A DNA stretch of 61,167 bases from assembly GCA_023666805.1 (NCBI GenBank), contig JAMPBF010000001.1, positions 1 through 61,167 on the forward strand, in the 5' to 3' direction. A model generated the notes under the pieces. That model did no database searches, was not told the origin of the DNA, and saw nothing but the letters and a program-made list of their open reading frames with translations. Of this stretch, positions 1 to 10,834 are shown piece by piece. The stretch is from Bacillota bacterium. GTDB lineage: Bacteria > Bacillota > Clostridia > Oscillospirales > Ruminococcaceae. The stretch's first letter is position 1. Each line of letters starts with the position of its first letter. The translations under genes were made by a program, and so were the position numbers.

Positions 1-473
1 CTGGCGCAGTATCCCTTGCGCTCGACGCGGAGGGCGAAAACGAGCCGTTCTACGCTGATGATTCCGTGTACTACATGGTATCGGACAACAACGGCTATTC
101 CGGAGATCTGGAGCTTGCGCTCATCCCGGAGAGTTTCCTTACGGACATCATGCACGAGACCGAGGATTCCAACGGAGTCCTTTATGAGAACAAGGACGTG
201 GAGCCGGAGCATTTTGCGCTGCTTTTTGAGTTCACGGGCGACCAGAGGAAGATCCGCCACTGTATGTATTACTGCTCGGCGAGCCGTCCTTCCGTATCCG
301 GCAATACCTGCGAGGACTCTACTGAGGTGCAGACAGAAACGCTTTCGCTGACCGTTTCTCCTCTGCCGAGCGGACTGGTGAAGGTCAAGACCGGGACGAA
401 TACCACGGCGGCTGTCTATGACGCATGGTACAACTCGGTATACGAGATTTCGACCGAAAGCAGCGGTGAGTAA
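1..473 (+). CDS. Major tail protein, phi13-family-like (5' truncated)
   Basis: Frame open from position 3: GAVSLALDAEGENEPFYADD...NNGYSGDLELALIP...FALLFEF; first gene of tail module. Confidence 0.85.
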   Translation, partial: GAVSLALDAEGENEPFYADDSVYYMVSDNNGYSGDLELALIPESFLTDIMHETEDSNGVLYENKDVEPEHFALLFEFTGDQRKIRHCMYYCSASRPSVSGNTCEDSTEVQTETLSLTVSPLPSGLVKVKTGTNTTAAVYDAWYNSVYEISTESSGE

Positions 474-486
474 GGAGGGCTGAATC

Positions 487-864
487 ATGGCAGTAACAAA
501 AACGATCGCCGTTGACGGCAAGGACGTCACGTTCCGTGCATCCGCCGCTATTCCACGGCTTTACAGGAACAAGTTCCGCAGGGACATTTACCGTGATCTG
601 AATGAACTTCAGAAGGGCATCGATGAGAACAGTGCCGGGGAATCCAACCTCGACACTTTTTCTTTGGAGCTTTTCGAGAACATCGCATGGCTCATGGCGA
701 GGCATGCCGACGCTGCCGTTCCCGACACTCCCGAAGAGTGGCTGGACGGCTTCAACACCTTTTCTATCTACGAGGTGCTGCCGCAGATCATCGAACTGTG
801 GGGCATCAACACGCAGCAGCAGGTCGAGTCTAAAAAAAACGTCCCGCCACGGAAAGGGAGATGA
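487..864 (+). CDS. Tail assembly chaperone (gpG-like)
   Basis: 125 aa between MTP and TMP; SD AAGGAGG; A AAA AAC heptamer near the 3' end. Confidence 0.8.
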   Translation: MAVTKTIAVDGKDVTFRASAAIPRLYRNKFRRDIYRDLNELQKGIDENSAGESNLDTFSLELFENIAWLMARHADAAVPDTPEEWLDGFNTFSIYEVLPQIIELWGINTQQQVESKKNVPPRKGR

Positions 865-1025
865 CAACGCCGCTGTTCCTGCTCCGGTGTGTGCAGATCG
901 GGCTTTCCATTTCGGAGCTCGACCTGCTCACCATCGGGACGGTGAACGATATATATACGGAAATGTCAAATGATGACTGGGATTACGCGCAGGTCGCTAC
1001 CCAGGAGCAGATGGACAGATTTTAA
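861..1025 (+). CDS. Tail chaperone extension (gpT-like, 54 aa), reachable by -1 frameshift
   Basis: MTTPLFLLRCVQIGLSISELDLLTIG...QEQMDRF; in the -1 frame of 487..864 and open from the slippery site. Confidence 0.75.
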   Translation: MTTPLFLLRCVQIGLSISELDLLTIGTVNDIYTEMSNDDWDYAQVATQEQMDRF

Positions 1026-1043
1026 CGAAGGGAGGCAGGACGC

Positions 1044-4000
1044 ATGGCTGACAGAATAAAGGGCATAACAGTCGAGATCGGCGGCGATACGACCGGCCTC
1101 TCGAAAGCCCTCTCCGGCATAAACAAAGAGATAAAATCCACACAGACACAGCTGAAGGATGTAAACAAGCTACTGAAACTTGATCCTACGAATACAACGC
1201 TCCTTCAGCAGAAACAGCAGTTACTCAAGACTGCCATCTCAGAAACGAAGGACAAGCTGACGCAGCTGAAATCCGTGCAGGATCAGATGGACGAGGGCTT
1301 GAAGAACGGCACGGTCACCCAGCAGCAATATGACGCATGGCAGAGGGAGATCGTAGAAACAGAAAACGAACTGAAGAACCTGCAGAAGGAACTGGATAAC
1401 TCCTCTACGGCAATGACGAAAATGACTGCCGCCGGGGAGAAACTCCAGTCTGTGGGCGATACGATTTCCGGCGTGGGAAAGAAAATGATGCCCGTGACCT
1501 TGGGCATCACGGCTCTCGGTACAGCGGCAGTATCAACCGCCGCTAACTTTGAGTCCGCCATGTCGCAGGTGCAGGCTACGATGGGCATCACCAAGGATTC
1601 CATGTCCGAGGTGGACGGCCAGTCCGTCAATACGATGGACGCGCTCACAGATCTTGCAAAGCAGATGGGAGAAACCACAGCATTCTCCGCTACGGAGTGC
1701 GCCGAGGCGTTAAACTACCTCGCACTTGCCGGATATGACACACAGGAAATGGTGGACACGCTGCCCACCGTTCTGAATCTTGCCGCCGCAGGCGGTATGG
1801 AGCTTGCCACGGCGTCGGACATGGTAACGGACGCCATGTCCGCTCTCGGCATGGAGACTTCCGATGCGGATGTCATGGTCGACCAGATGGCAAAGACCGC
1901 GTCCAGCACCAATACCTCCGTAGAGCAGCTTGGCGAGGGCATCCTTAAGATCGGCGCGACAGCAAGAAATGTAAGGGGCGGCACGGCGGAACTGAACACG
2001 GCGCTCGGTATCCTTGCCAACAACGGCATCAAGGGAGCCGAGGGCGGCACACACCTCCGTAATGTCATCCTCTCTTTGCAGGAAGGCTGTGAGAACGGCG
2101 CAATTGCTGTGGGCGATATGTCCGTCCAAGTCTATGACGCCGAGGGCAATATGCGTTCCCTGAATGACATCCTCGGTGACATGAACACGGCAATGGATGG
2201 CATGACCGCTGAAGAGAAGAATAACATCATCAGCAAGATTTTCAATAAGACCGACCTTGCGTCCGTCAATGCGCTCCTCGCCAACACGGGCGATACCTGG
2301 GATGACCTTCAGGCATCTATCACCGATTCTGTAGGTGCGGCACAGCAGATGGCTGATACCCAACTTGATAACCTGCAGGGTCAGCTGACGCTTTTGAAGT
2401 CTGCCTTGGAGGGGCTTGCCATCTCCATCGGTCAGATCCTCATGCCCTACATCAAGTCCATCGTTTCTCATATACAGAGTTTCGTGGACTGGCTGAACAA
2501 CCTCGATGAAAGAACGCAGAAGATTATCGTGACGGTGGCACTCGTAGTAGCGGCTATTGGTCCCGTGCTGATTATCGTGGGAAAGGTCATCTCCTCTGTC
2601 GGCACAATCATGACGATCATTCCGAAGGTAACATCCGCTATGTCCACAGTCAAAACAGCTATGATGGGGCTGAACGCAACGATGGCGGCAAATCCGATAG
2701 GGCTTGTCATTGCTGCTATTACCGCTCTCGTAGCCGCCTTTATTTATCTTTGGAACACAAATGAGGATTTCCGCAATGCCATCACCGAGATATGGAACGG
2801 ACTGGTTGAGAAATTCAAAGCGTTCACGCAGGGCATTGTAGATAAGCTGAATGAGCTGGGATTCAGTTTTTCGGATATCGGAGAGGTTATCAAAGCAGTA
2901 TGGGACGGCCTTTGTTCCATCCTCGCTCCGATGTTTGAGGGTGCTTTCCAGAAGATTGCAAACGTGTTGTCCTATGCCATGGATCTGATACTCAATATCG
3001 TTGATATTTTTGTCGGCATCTTCACAGGTGATTGGAACCAGGCATTAAGCGGTATCAAGGGGATTTTCACTTCCACCTGGGATTTTATCTGCAATACCTT
3101 TACCAATATTACGAATACGCTGAAAGGCATTCTGGACGCATTCCTCGGTCTGTTCGGGACTTCATGGGATGAGGTCTGGACTTCGATAAAGGATTTCTTT
3201 GTAGGAGTCTGGAACGGCATTAGCAGCTTCTTCTCCGGCATTATCACGGGAATACAAAATACAGCGACCGCAGTATGGACAGCCATCAAGGATTTCTTCA
3301 TTTCAATATGGCAGACGATCAGTGATGTATTTACCACTGTTGTCGACGCGATCAGCAGCTTTGTTTCCGCAGCGTGGGAGGGCATAAAAAACACAGTAAC
3401 TACTGTGATGACCGCTATCCAGACAGCAATCTCTACGGTTTGGAACGCTATCCAGATGGCAATTACAACCGTGGTGAATGCGATAAAGACCGTAATTTCC
3501 ACGGCTTGGAATGCCATAAAAACCACAACCTTCACTGTTTTCAATGCCGTAAAGAGCGTGGTCACTTCCATCTGGAACGGCATAAAGACGGTGGTCATGA
3601 ATGTGGTCAACACGATGAAGTCAGGCATCAGCAATGGCTTTAATGCAATCAAGAGTACCATTTCAAACATCGTGAACGGCATCAAGAACACCATCTCAAA
3701 TGTGTTCAATACCATCTGGAGTACGGTTTCCGGCATCGTGAACAAGCTGAAATCGGTGTTCAACTTCAGCTGGAGCCTGCCGAAGATCAAGCTGCCACAT
3801 TTCTCTATTTCCGGCAGCTTCTCGCTGAATCCGCCGCCCATACCGCATTTCTCCGTGGATTGGTACAAGAAGGCGATGTCCGGCGGCATGATCTTAAAGG
3901 ACGCCACGATCTTCGGCCAGAGCGGAGGAACACTCCTCGGTGGCGGAGAAGCAGGTGACGAGGCTGTGGTGGGCGTGTCCTCGCTGCGCTCCATGATACA

Positions 4001-4157
4001 GGACGCGGTGCAGGGTGCGGCTCTTTCGCTTTCTGGCGACCAGCCGCTTATCAACATACAGGAAATGAGTGTAAGGAGCGATGACGATATCCGCAGGATT
4101 TCTCAGCAGCTGAACACGCTCTTAAATGCCGGCAGACGGGCGAAAGGATATATCTGA
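1044..4157 (+). CDS. Phage tail tape measure protein (TP901-like)
   Basis: 1037 aa; RIKGITVEIGGDT start, FESAMSQV...AEALNYLALAG core, central hydrophobic segments, periodic W/F repeats. Confidence 0.95.
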   Translation: MADRIKGITVEIGGDTTGLSKALSGINKEIKSTQTQLKDVNKLLKLDPTNTTLLQQKQQLLKTAISETKDKLTQLKSVQDQMDEGLKNGTVTQQQYDAWQREIVETENELKNLQKELDNSSTAMTKMTAAGEKLQSVGDTISGVGKKMMPVTLGITALGTAAVSTAANFESAMSQVQATMGITKDSMSEVDGQSVNTMDALTDLAKQMGETTAFSATECAEALNYLALAGYDTQEMVDTLPTVLNLAAAGGMELATASDMVTDAMSALGMETSDADVMVDQMAKTASSTNTSVEQLGEGILKIGATARNVRGGTAELNTALGILANNGIKGAEGGTHLRNVILSLQEGCENGAIAVGDMSVQVYDAEGNMRSLNDILGDMNTAMDGMTAEEKNNIISKIFNKTDLASVNALLANTGDTWDDLQASITDSVGAAQQMADTQLDNLQGQLTLLKSALEGLAISIGQILMPYIKSIVSHIQSFVDWLNNLDERTQKIIVTVALVVAAIGPVLIIVGKVISSVGTIMTIIPKVTSAMSTVKTAMMGLNATMAANPIGLVIAAITALVAAFIYLWNTNEDFRNAITEIWNGLVEKFKAFTQGIVDKLNELGFSFSDIGEVIKAVWDGLCSILAPMFEGAFQKIANVLSYAMDLILNIVDIFVGIFTGDWNQALSGIKGIFTSTWDFICNTFTNITNTLKGILDAFLGLFGTSWDEVWTSIKDFFVGVWNGISSFFSGIITGIQNTATAVWTAIKDFFISIWQTISDVFTTVVDAISSFVSAAWEGIKNTVTTVMTAIQTAISTVWNAIQMAITTVVNAIKTVISTAWNAIKTTTFTVFNAVKSVVTSIWNGIKTVVMNVVNTMKSGISNGFNAIKSTISNIVNGIKNTISNVFNTIWSTVSGIVNKLKSVFNFSWSLPKIKLPHFSISGSFSLNPPPIPHFSVDWYKKAMSGGMILKDATIFGQSGGTLLGGGEAGDEAVVGVSSLRSMIQDAVQGAALSLSGDQPLINIQEMSVRSDDDIRRISQQLNTLLNAGRRAKGYI

Positions 4158-4158
4158 T

Positions 4159-4938
4159 ATGGGATTTTCATTTAACGGTACGACTTCCCAGTCTATAGGG
4201 ATCGCCACAAGAATTACAACTGAAAACCGTATGCCGGATTTGCGGAACAATACCATCACCATGCCGGGGCATGAGGGTGTTTTCGATTTCGGGGAGACCG
4301 TCGGCGAGAGGAAGATACAGATTTCCTGCTTTATCCCTCCGGGGAAAAGCGATGAGGACTTCCTCTCGCTGAAGGACGATATCATAGCGTGGCTGAACCC
4401 GGACAGTGGGCTGTGTCCGCTTGTCCTTGACAAGGAGCCGGGACGGGTGTATTCCGCAAGGCTGAACGAGTGTTTCTCCTTCGACAAGGCAGTGCGTAAC
4501 TCCTGCACCTTTGACCTGGTATTTTTATGTCCCGATCCGTATGCCTATGCCGCTACGGACGAGACATACGATATCGGGAGCGTGGGGACACATACGGTTT
4601 CCCGCTCCCTTGGGAACGCTTACTCCCTGCCGGTGTACTCGCTGACGGGAGTGATTCCTTCCGGCACGGATACATACATCACGATAACCACGAATGACAG
4701 CGAGTTAAAGATTGTCGGCAGATTGAACAGCGGTGAAACGCTTGTCATCGACTCCGCTCTCATGACGGCAAAGGTGGTAGATGCAAACGGAGATACGCTC
4801 CGGAACGGTCTGCCGCTTTTGTCGGAGCTTAATTTTCCGTCTTTGAATGTGGGTGAAAATATGGTCACGGTCGCTGTCACAGGAAACTCTGTGACCTTTA
4901 CGGAACTGGAAATATCGGCGAGGAGCCGCTGGAGGTGA
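4159..4938 (+). CDS. Distal tail protein (Dit)
   Basis: MGFSFNG...LVFLCPDPYAY...SRWR directly after TMP; SD GAAAGGA. Confidence 0.85.
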   Translation: MGFSFNGTTSQSIGIATRITTENRMPDLRNNTITMPGHEGVFDFGETVGERKIQISCFIPPGKSDEDFLSLKDDIIAWLNPDSGLCPLVLDKEPGRVYSARLNECFSFDKAVRNSCTFDLVFLCPDPYAYAATDETYDIGSVGTHTVSRSLGNAYSLPVYSLTGVIPSGTDTYITITTNDSELKIVGRLNSGETLVIDSALMTAKVVDANGDTLRNGLPLLSELNFPSLNVGENMVTVAVTGNSVTFTELEISARSRWR

Positions 4939-4944
4939 TTTTTT

Positions 4945-7488
4945 ATGGCTTTGAAAAACACGATGAACACACAGGATGCCTTTACAGGACAGGTGCCTTC
5001 CTCCTGGGGAAAGGACGGCCTGTGGAGATTTAACGAATCCGAGCCTGACGCAAACACCTGCACGGCGGACTCCTCCGGCAACGGACGCGACGCTTACATC
5101 AACAAGTGGAGCGGAACGACCGCCGATTTCAAGACAGGGCATCTCGGTAATTATTTTCAGATGAACATCAACAATCCGTCCTCGGAGCAGACCTATCTTC
5201 GTGTATCCAATGACGGCACGATGTTCTCTGATATCGGTGAGCGTATCGTGGTCGGCGGCTGGATGAAGCCTACCACCTATTCCGTGGGCAACACGTACAC
5301 GCCGATACTTTCCACAAGAGCAGAAACGGGCAGTCCGATCTTTTACCTGTCCCTTATCCGTGGAAAGCCGAGGCTGATGCTATACAACTCATCGGGCAGC
5401 CTGATTCTTGATACCTCGGTCACGCCGTCTTTTTCATTTACGAACGGCAACTGGTACTTCATCGCCGCAGTGATAGAGCCGAACAATCAGAAAGCGTGGT
5501 ACATGGTCGGCGACAGGGCGTCCGGCACAGTGTGGACTTCCTCTGCGCTTACGATAAGCGGAACGCTGAACCGCTCCTGCACGGCAGACCTTATATGGGG
5601 AATGCTGAACAGTTCCTACTGGTATGCGGGCTGCTTTGACGACTGGTTCTTAAATTGCGATACGGATCTGACAGCGGATGATCTTGCAGAGTGGTTCCTG
5701 AAATCCCTTTCGGCAAACGGCGCGGACTCAGAATCAGACGTGGATGGTCTGACTACTGAAGATGTCGTTACGCTGAAAACGGACGAGTCCGTCTATCCTG
5801 AAAGCGGTGTGCTTATCACAGCCGCCACGGAGTGTGGGATAACAGGTACGGGCAGAGTTTCTGTCAAGGCAGAAACATCTCCGGGTGTAACGTCAGTTTC
5901 GCTGGTCGAGACATCGACATCGGATGATCTCAGCACCTGGACGGACTGGATTTCCCTCGGTACGGGCGGAGCATTGCAGTCTCCGTCAAAAAAGTACATC
6001 CGATACCGCATAACACTTGCCACCACGAATACAGCAAGGACTCCTGTGCTGACGGCCGTCAGCCTGTATGACAATCCGAAACCGCTGTATTCGCAGCTTG
6101 GCTATGCGCGTCCCGTTATCCTCGGGGATGATGATACCGCAGAGGCTGTGCTTGAGAACGCCTACGACATCATTGTCACCAGCGAGATCAACGGCATCGA
6201 TACGCTGGAATTCAAACTGCCCTTTAAGGACAGCAAGCGCGAGTATGTAGAGAACGAAAAGCAGGTGCGCATTGTATCCGATACCTACCGCATCCGTACA
6301 GTCACGGATGATAAGGACGAGAGCGGCAAGGCGATCACCTCCGTGTATGCGGAGGCGGCGTTCTATGATCTGTCCTTCTCTGTCAAAAAGGAAGAAAACA
6401 CTTTCACGGCGGATACCGCTGATGTACCGATGGCATATGCACTACAGGGCACGGAATGGGAGGTCGGCGTGGTCAACGTCAGCACCAAGAGGACCTGGAC
6501 ATCGACCGAGAATAACGCGCTGTCTATCCTCCGCCATGTGCAGAATATCCACGGCGGCGACCTGATCTTTGATAACGCCAACAAGCTGGTGAACCTTCTG
6601 ACCTTCTCCGGCACGGACTCCGGGGCTTTGTTCTGCTACAAGAAGAACATGAAATCCATCCAGAGGGTGATTGACACCACGAGCCTTATCACAAGACTTT
6701 ACGCTGTCGGAGCGGACGGCATGAACTTTGCCAATATCAATGACGGCAAGCCCTATGTGGAGGACTTCACTTATACAAGCGAAATCCGTATCAAGACGCT
6801 GGACTGTTCCAATTTCACGAATCCTTATCAGATGTTGGAGTTTGCCAATATGCGCCTTGCGGACTACGCTGCGCCGCGAATTTCCTATGTGCTGAAAGCA
6901 ATGGACTTGACCGTGCTGACGGGCTATGAGCATGAAGCATGGAACCTCGGTGATATTGTCATGGTGGTGGATGAGGATTTAGACCTTTCCATCAAAACGA
7001 GGATCGTCCGCCGGGAATACAACCTGCAGGAGCCGTGGAACACGGTGCTGGAGCTTTCCACCACGCTCCGTGAACTTGGCGATTCCACGTCACAGTGGGA
7101 CGCCGCCGCAGATGTCCTTGAGGGCACGAACTACATCGACAACCAGCAGCTTCAGAACTTCGTGCCGTTCAACCATTTGAAAAACTCCCGTGGCGATGAT
7201 GGCTTTGCCTATTGGACAAATTCCGGCTTTTCGGTGGATGGGGATAACGGCGTGACAGGCACGGCATCCTTTAAGTGCGAAGGCGCATATAACGCCACCA
7301 AGTACATGGAGCAGACCGTTACTCCCTCCAACCGTGACAGCTATACCTTTTCTGCGCAGATCGCCACGGAGAACCTCAGTCTCGGCAGCAGCGGACAGGT
7401 CGGCGTGGAGATCGTGATCGAGTACGAGGACGGCAGCACGGAAACGAGGACGATAGACCTCATATCCTCGTCAGATACGGAGGTGTGA
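4945..7488 (+). CDS. Tail spike/Tal protein with N-terminal LamG (ConA-like) domain
   Basis: GLWRFNE...GNWYFIAAV LamG-like N-terminus; prophage-tail core (EINGIDTLEF, KKNMKSIQR, TRLYAVG); CBM-like C-terminus. Confidence 0.8.
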   Translation: MALKNTMNTQDAFTGQVPSSWGKDGLWRFNESEPDANTCTADSSGNGRDAYINKWSGTTADFKTGHLGNYFQMNINNPSSEQTYLRVSNDGTMFSDIGERIVVGGWMKPTTYSVGNTYTPILSTRAETGSPIFYLSLIRGKPRLMLYNSSGSLILDTSVTPSFSFTNGNWYFIAAVIEPNNQKAWYMVGDRASGTVWTSSALTISGTLNRSCTADLIWGMLNSSYWYAGCFDDWFLNCDTDLTADDLAEWFLKSLSANGADSESDVDGLTTEDVVTLKTDESVYPESGVLITAATECGITGTGRVSVKAETSPGVTSVSLVETSTSDDLSTWTDWISLGTGGALQSPSKKYIRYRITLATTNTARTPVLTAVSLYDNPKPLYSQLGYARPVILGDDDTAEAVLENAYDIIVTSEINGIDTLEFKLPFKDSKREYVENEKQVRIVSDTYRIRTVTDDKDESGKAITSVYAEAAFYDLSFSVKKEENTFTADTADVPMAYALQGTEWEVGVVNVSTKRTWTSTENNALSILRHVQNIHGGDLIFDNANKLVNLLTFSGTDSGALFCYKKNMKSIQRVIDTTSLITRLYAVGADGMNFANINDGKPYVEDFTYTSEIRIKTLDCSNFTNPYQMLEFANMRLADYAAPRISYVLKAMDLTVLTGYEHEAWNLGDIVMVVDEDLDLSIKTRIVRREYNLQEPWNTVLELSTTLRELGDSTSQWDAAADVLEGTNYIDNQQLQNFVPFNHLKNSRGDDGFAYWTNSGFSVDGDNGVTGTASFKCEGAYNATKYMEQTVTPSNRDSYTFSAQIATENLSLGSSGQVGVEIVIEYEDGSTETRTIDLISSSDTEV

Positions 7489-7492
7489 CGCT

Positions 7493-7687
7493 ATGGCAAG
7501 TTTTACTCATGTGCATGGCACGGTGAGTCCCCAGTACGGCAGGGTCGCAAAGATCACGGTAAGAGTATTTGTGAATGACTGCACGGGGACGGTATACATC
7601 ACGGATATGAATTTGCAGGACGGCTCCCTTGCCTCCGGCTGGGTCGGTCATGTAAGCGAGATAGAGTGGACACAGGACGGTGATTAA
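7493..7687 (+). CDS. Small phage tail protein
   Basis: 64 aa, SD GGAGGTG; resembles the N-terminus of the next ORF (ITVR...DC.G....TD..LQ.G). Confidence 0.6.
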   Translation: MASFTHVHGTVSPQYGRVAKITVRVFVNDCTGTVYITDMNLQDGSLASGWVGHVSEIEWTQDGD

Positions 7688-8251
7688 ATGGCTGATTTTG
7701 AACGCTTTGTAGAGGTTATTTCCAAAAAAGAGGATAAGCGTGTGGTCAATATTACCGTCCGTCCGATTGTCACAGACTGCGAGGGCGATATTTGGTTTAC
7801 CGACCTTATGCTCCAGGAGGGTGATATGCTGTCAGGATATACGCCTCAGACGAAAGGGTTTCTGAAGGAATCAGCGAGCGATCCCGTGTGGTTCAATGGC
7901 ATCGTCCGTTCGGAAGAAACGGTGATCCTCTTGAACCTCGGCGGCACATCGGCGGGGCTTGACATCCACCTTTATCCGAAACAGGACATGGATGGAGGAA
8001 TGGTCACGCTGGCGCAGGGTGTCGGTGGTCAGAAAGCGACCTTCCCGAATGCCATGAACGCCGGAGACGATGTGGCTCTGCTTGCATCTTCAAGAGAATG
8101 CACAAGGAACGGTGTGAAAGAAACGAAGTACGGATTCTATCAATACAGTGCGGCGTGGGATTCCAAACACATCGTATCCCTCCCGCAGGGTAAGTCCGCA
8201 CAGCTTTTGTATTCGATGCAGGAAATGGACGATGGAGGTGAACTGCTCTGA
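7688..8251 (+). CDS. Phage tail-associated hypothetical protein
   Basis: 187 aa, abuts both neighbours. Confidence 0.65.
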   Translation: MADFERFVEVISKKEDKRVVNITVRPIVTDCEGDIWFTDLMLQEGDMLSGYTPQTKGFLKESASDPVWFNGIVRSEETVILLNLGGTSAGLDIHLYPKQDMDGGMVTLAQGVGGQKATFPNAMNAGDDVALLASSRECTRNGVKETKYGFYQYSAAWDSKHIVSLPQGKSAQLLYSMQEMDDGGELL

Positions 8252-10722
8252 TGGACACATTAAAGGGAAAGAAAATCATGGTGTGGACTTTCATGGGCAA
8301 CACCAGGATGTATAACGCTCTGCGGGACTACGGTGACCGCATCAGCCAGATCGGACTGTTCTCCTTCAAAGTCAGGGCTACCGGGGAGATTTACGAGACG
8401 GGTGTTTCCATATCGTCAATGATGACTTACATCAACAAGTGGCCGCATATCAAGTGGCTGCTGACGATTTCCAATGACGGCTACAACAGTATTTTCGCTG
8501 CTCTTCGGGATAATACGAACGGTGCGCAGGATATGTTCCTTTCGGAGATCGTCCGCATCATGGAAAAATACCCGTGGTGTGACGGCATCGACATCGACTT
8601 GGAAAAAGGCGATGGCTATTCCACTCATGCGGCATCCACGCAGATGTTTGCCAATATCTACAACACGGTCAAAGGCTATGATTCCGCGAAGATGATGAAC
8701 ATTTGCCTGCCGGGTATGACGAGCGTCAACGGCTCGGTCGGCGGCGAGAACTGGTGCGTGTATGCCGACCTTAACAATTACTGCGATACGGCGTCCATCA
8801 TGAGTTACGGCATGGCATGGGCAGGCTCCGCACCGGGACCGGTATCCCCTCGTTCCTGGCTTGAGGGTATCTACGATTATGCCGCCAAGGTCATGGACAC
8901 GGAGAAGGTGTTCCTTGGGATGCCCGCCTATGGGTGGAACTGGCAGATTTACGACCTGCCGGAGAATATCGGAAAGACCTATCGCGGTACCTCGCAGACA
9001 TACTACGCCGCGCAGAACTGGCTGAAGGGCGTGTATAACTTTACGGACGATCAGCCACCGCAGCCGTTCATTCCGTTCGTTGGGTATTGGGACGATAACA
9101 ACAAAGTGCCGTGGGGACTCCCTCATGTGTATGACTACATGGAGGGACGGGACGCCGACAGCTACGAATATCCGCAGATGTCAGGGACATATAACGGCAG
9201 GCACTATCTGACTGCATATAGCAAGCAGCAGAAAACGGAGTTTGAAAACATCATCATCGACCATGACGGCGGCAATTACGCCAGCGCATCCGGCATCGTG
9301 TCCATAGAAAACGGCATCGCCACGCTTGGCGATGAAGGCTCCGTCACATACCAATTCACCGTCAGCACGGCGGGAACTTACGATGTGGCGGTGCGGCTCT
9401 GTTATCCCTTCTGGGATAAGAACGGCATCTATGTATCGCTGGACGGTTCGACCACGCACTATACGGAGAGCTGCCTGTGGTGGCCGTATTGGAGAACTAC
9501 CTTCTGGACTACGCTTGCAAGCGGCGTGAGCTTTTCTGCGGGAACGCATACCATAAAGATTTCTGTCGATGTGAAGGGCGTACAGTTTTACGGGTTCCGT
9601 GTCTGCTCGTCCTTTTCGGAAGCTCCGTCCGCAGGAGACGCGACCTATTCCTTCTCCCCACGACAGTTCAAGGACGTGGATGGCAGCATGGTCGGTCCCG
9701 ACCGAGGATTTCGGCTGACTTTGGAGATGCTGCGAAGAAAGCCTGACTCGGCACTCGTTTGGTATGAGGACTTCCGAGACTACGGCGTGCTGGAAACAAA
9801 CTACTGGACAACGCTGTCCGGCTCTTTTACCGTGTGGCGGTCAGATGAATACTCCACGGAGCGTGTCTACTCCCAGCTTGACGGCAAGGGTCAGCTTGCA
9901 TGGAAGTATGACGGTTTTTCCGACATCCACCTCCGGGCGAGACTGGCGTTCCCTGCAAACGGCAGCGGCAAGGCAGGCATATTCTGCGGAGATCTGTTCT
10001 GCTGTCTGAATTATGATAATCAGGCGGTGGAGTTATACAACGGCTCTACGCTCCTTGGCAGCTACAGTCAGGAGATCACGAGGACGCCGAACGCAGACCT
10101 TCGGACTGATCCATCCATGTACACGGTGGAGATGCGTATCCGGGGAAACAAGGTGCGCGTGTATTCTGGCTCCTCCTATACGCTGCGGTTCACGGCAACG
10201 GTCAGCGGCTTCTCCGGCGGCTATGCCGGGTACCGCTCCGACAATCGGACGGTCTGTGAACTGATGCGCCTGGGTGATGCCTGGACATACGAGCCGTATG
10301 AGCGTTTCGATGTGGTCATGCCGGACGGAACGACAAAATCCTACGGCCGCATCAGCAGGAGCAACTGCACATGGGACAGTGAGTTCCAGGTGTTCACGCT
10401 GACTTCTGATGTGGAGGAGATATCCACCAGGAGCGAGGACATCTCGATGGACTATGACTTTTTCCATTCGGATGATATGACTTCGCTATCCTGCGGCAAC
10501 GACTACCAGGCAATGGTCATCCCCGTGGACATCAACATCTGGATTTCCCGCCTGTTCCTCGGCGATGCGGACGGCTTCTCCATCCTCTATTACCAGGATG
10601 TGGACTCCCTCGTCTATTGGGCGAACGAGGCGGCTTATCGGTGGAAACTTCGGGGAATGTGTATGTGGTCCCTTGGGCAGGAAGATCTGCGGCTCTGGGA
10701 ATGGCTGCCAAAACAGGTCTGA
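8251..10722 (+). CDS. Glycoside hydrolase family 18 phage protein with beta-sandwich insertions
   Basis: Catalytic DGIDIDLE motif, MSYG, LGMPAYG, C-terminal GMCMWSLGQED. Confidence 0.85.
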   Translation: MDTLKGKKIMVWTFMGNTRMYNALRDYGDRISQIGLFSFKVRATGEIYETGVSISSMMTYINKWPHIKWLLTISNDGYNSIFAALRDNTNGAQDMFLSEIVRIMEKYPWCDGIDIDLEKGDGYSTHAASTQMFANIYNTVKGYDSAKMMNICLPGMTSVNGSVGGENWCVYADLNNYCDTASIMSYGMAWAGSAPGPVSPRSWLEGIYDYAAKVMDTEKVFLGMPAYGWNWQIYDLPENIGKTYRGTSQTYYAAQNWLKGVYNFTDDQPPQPFIPFVGYWDDNNKVPWGLPHVYDYMEGRDADSYEYPQMSGTYNGRHYLTAYSKQQKTEFENIIIDHDGGNYASASGIVSIENGIATLGDEGSVTYQFTVSTAGTYDVAVRLCYPFWDKNGIYVSLDGSTTHYTESCLWWPYWRTTFWTTLASGVSFSAGTHTIKISVDVKGVQFYGFRVCSSFSEAPSAGDATYSFSPRQFKDVDGSMVGPDRGFRLTLEMLRRKPDSALVWYEDFRDYGVLETNYWTTLSGSFTVWRSDEYSTERVYSQLDGKGQLAWKYDGFSDIHLRARLAFPANGSGKAGIFCGDLFCCLNYDNQAVELYNGSTLLGSYSQEITRTPNADLRTDPSMYTVEMRIRGNKVRVYSGSSYTLRFTATVSGFSGGYAGYRSDNRTVCELMRLGDAWTYEPYERFDVVMPDGTTKSYGRISRSNCTWDSEFQVFTLTSDVEEISTRSEDISMDYDFFHSDDMTSLSCGNDYQAMVIPVDINIWISRLFLGDADGFSILYYQDVDSLVYWANEAAYRWKLRGMCMWSLGQEDLRLWEWLPKQV

Positions 10723-10834
10723 CACCATGAAAACAATACACAGTTTCTACCTCTGATATTTGTACAGATTATGCTCCGAATTAACTTGATAAATGTGATA
10801 TATGTACATACCAAAACGAACGGAGGATACGGAA

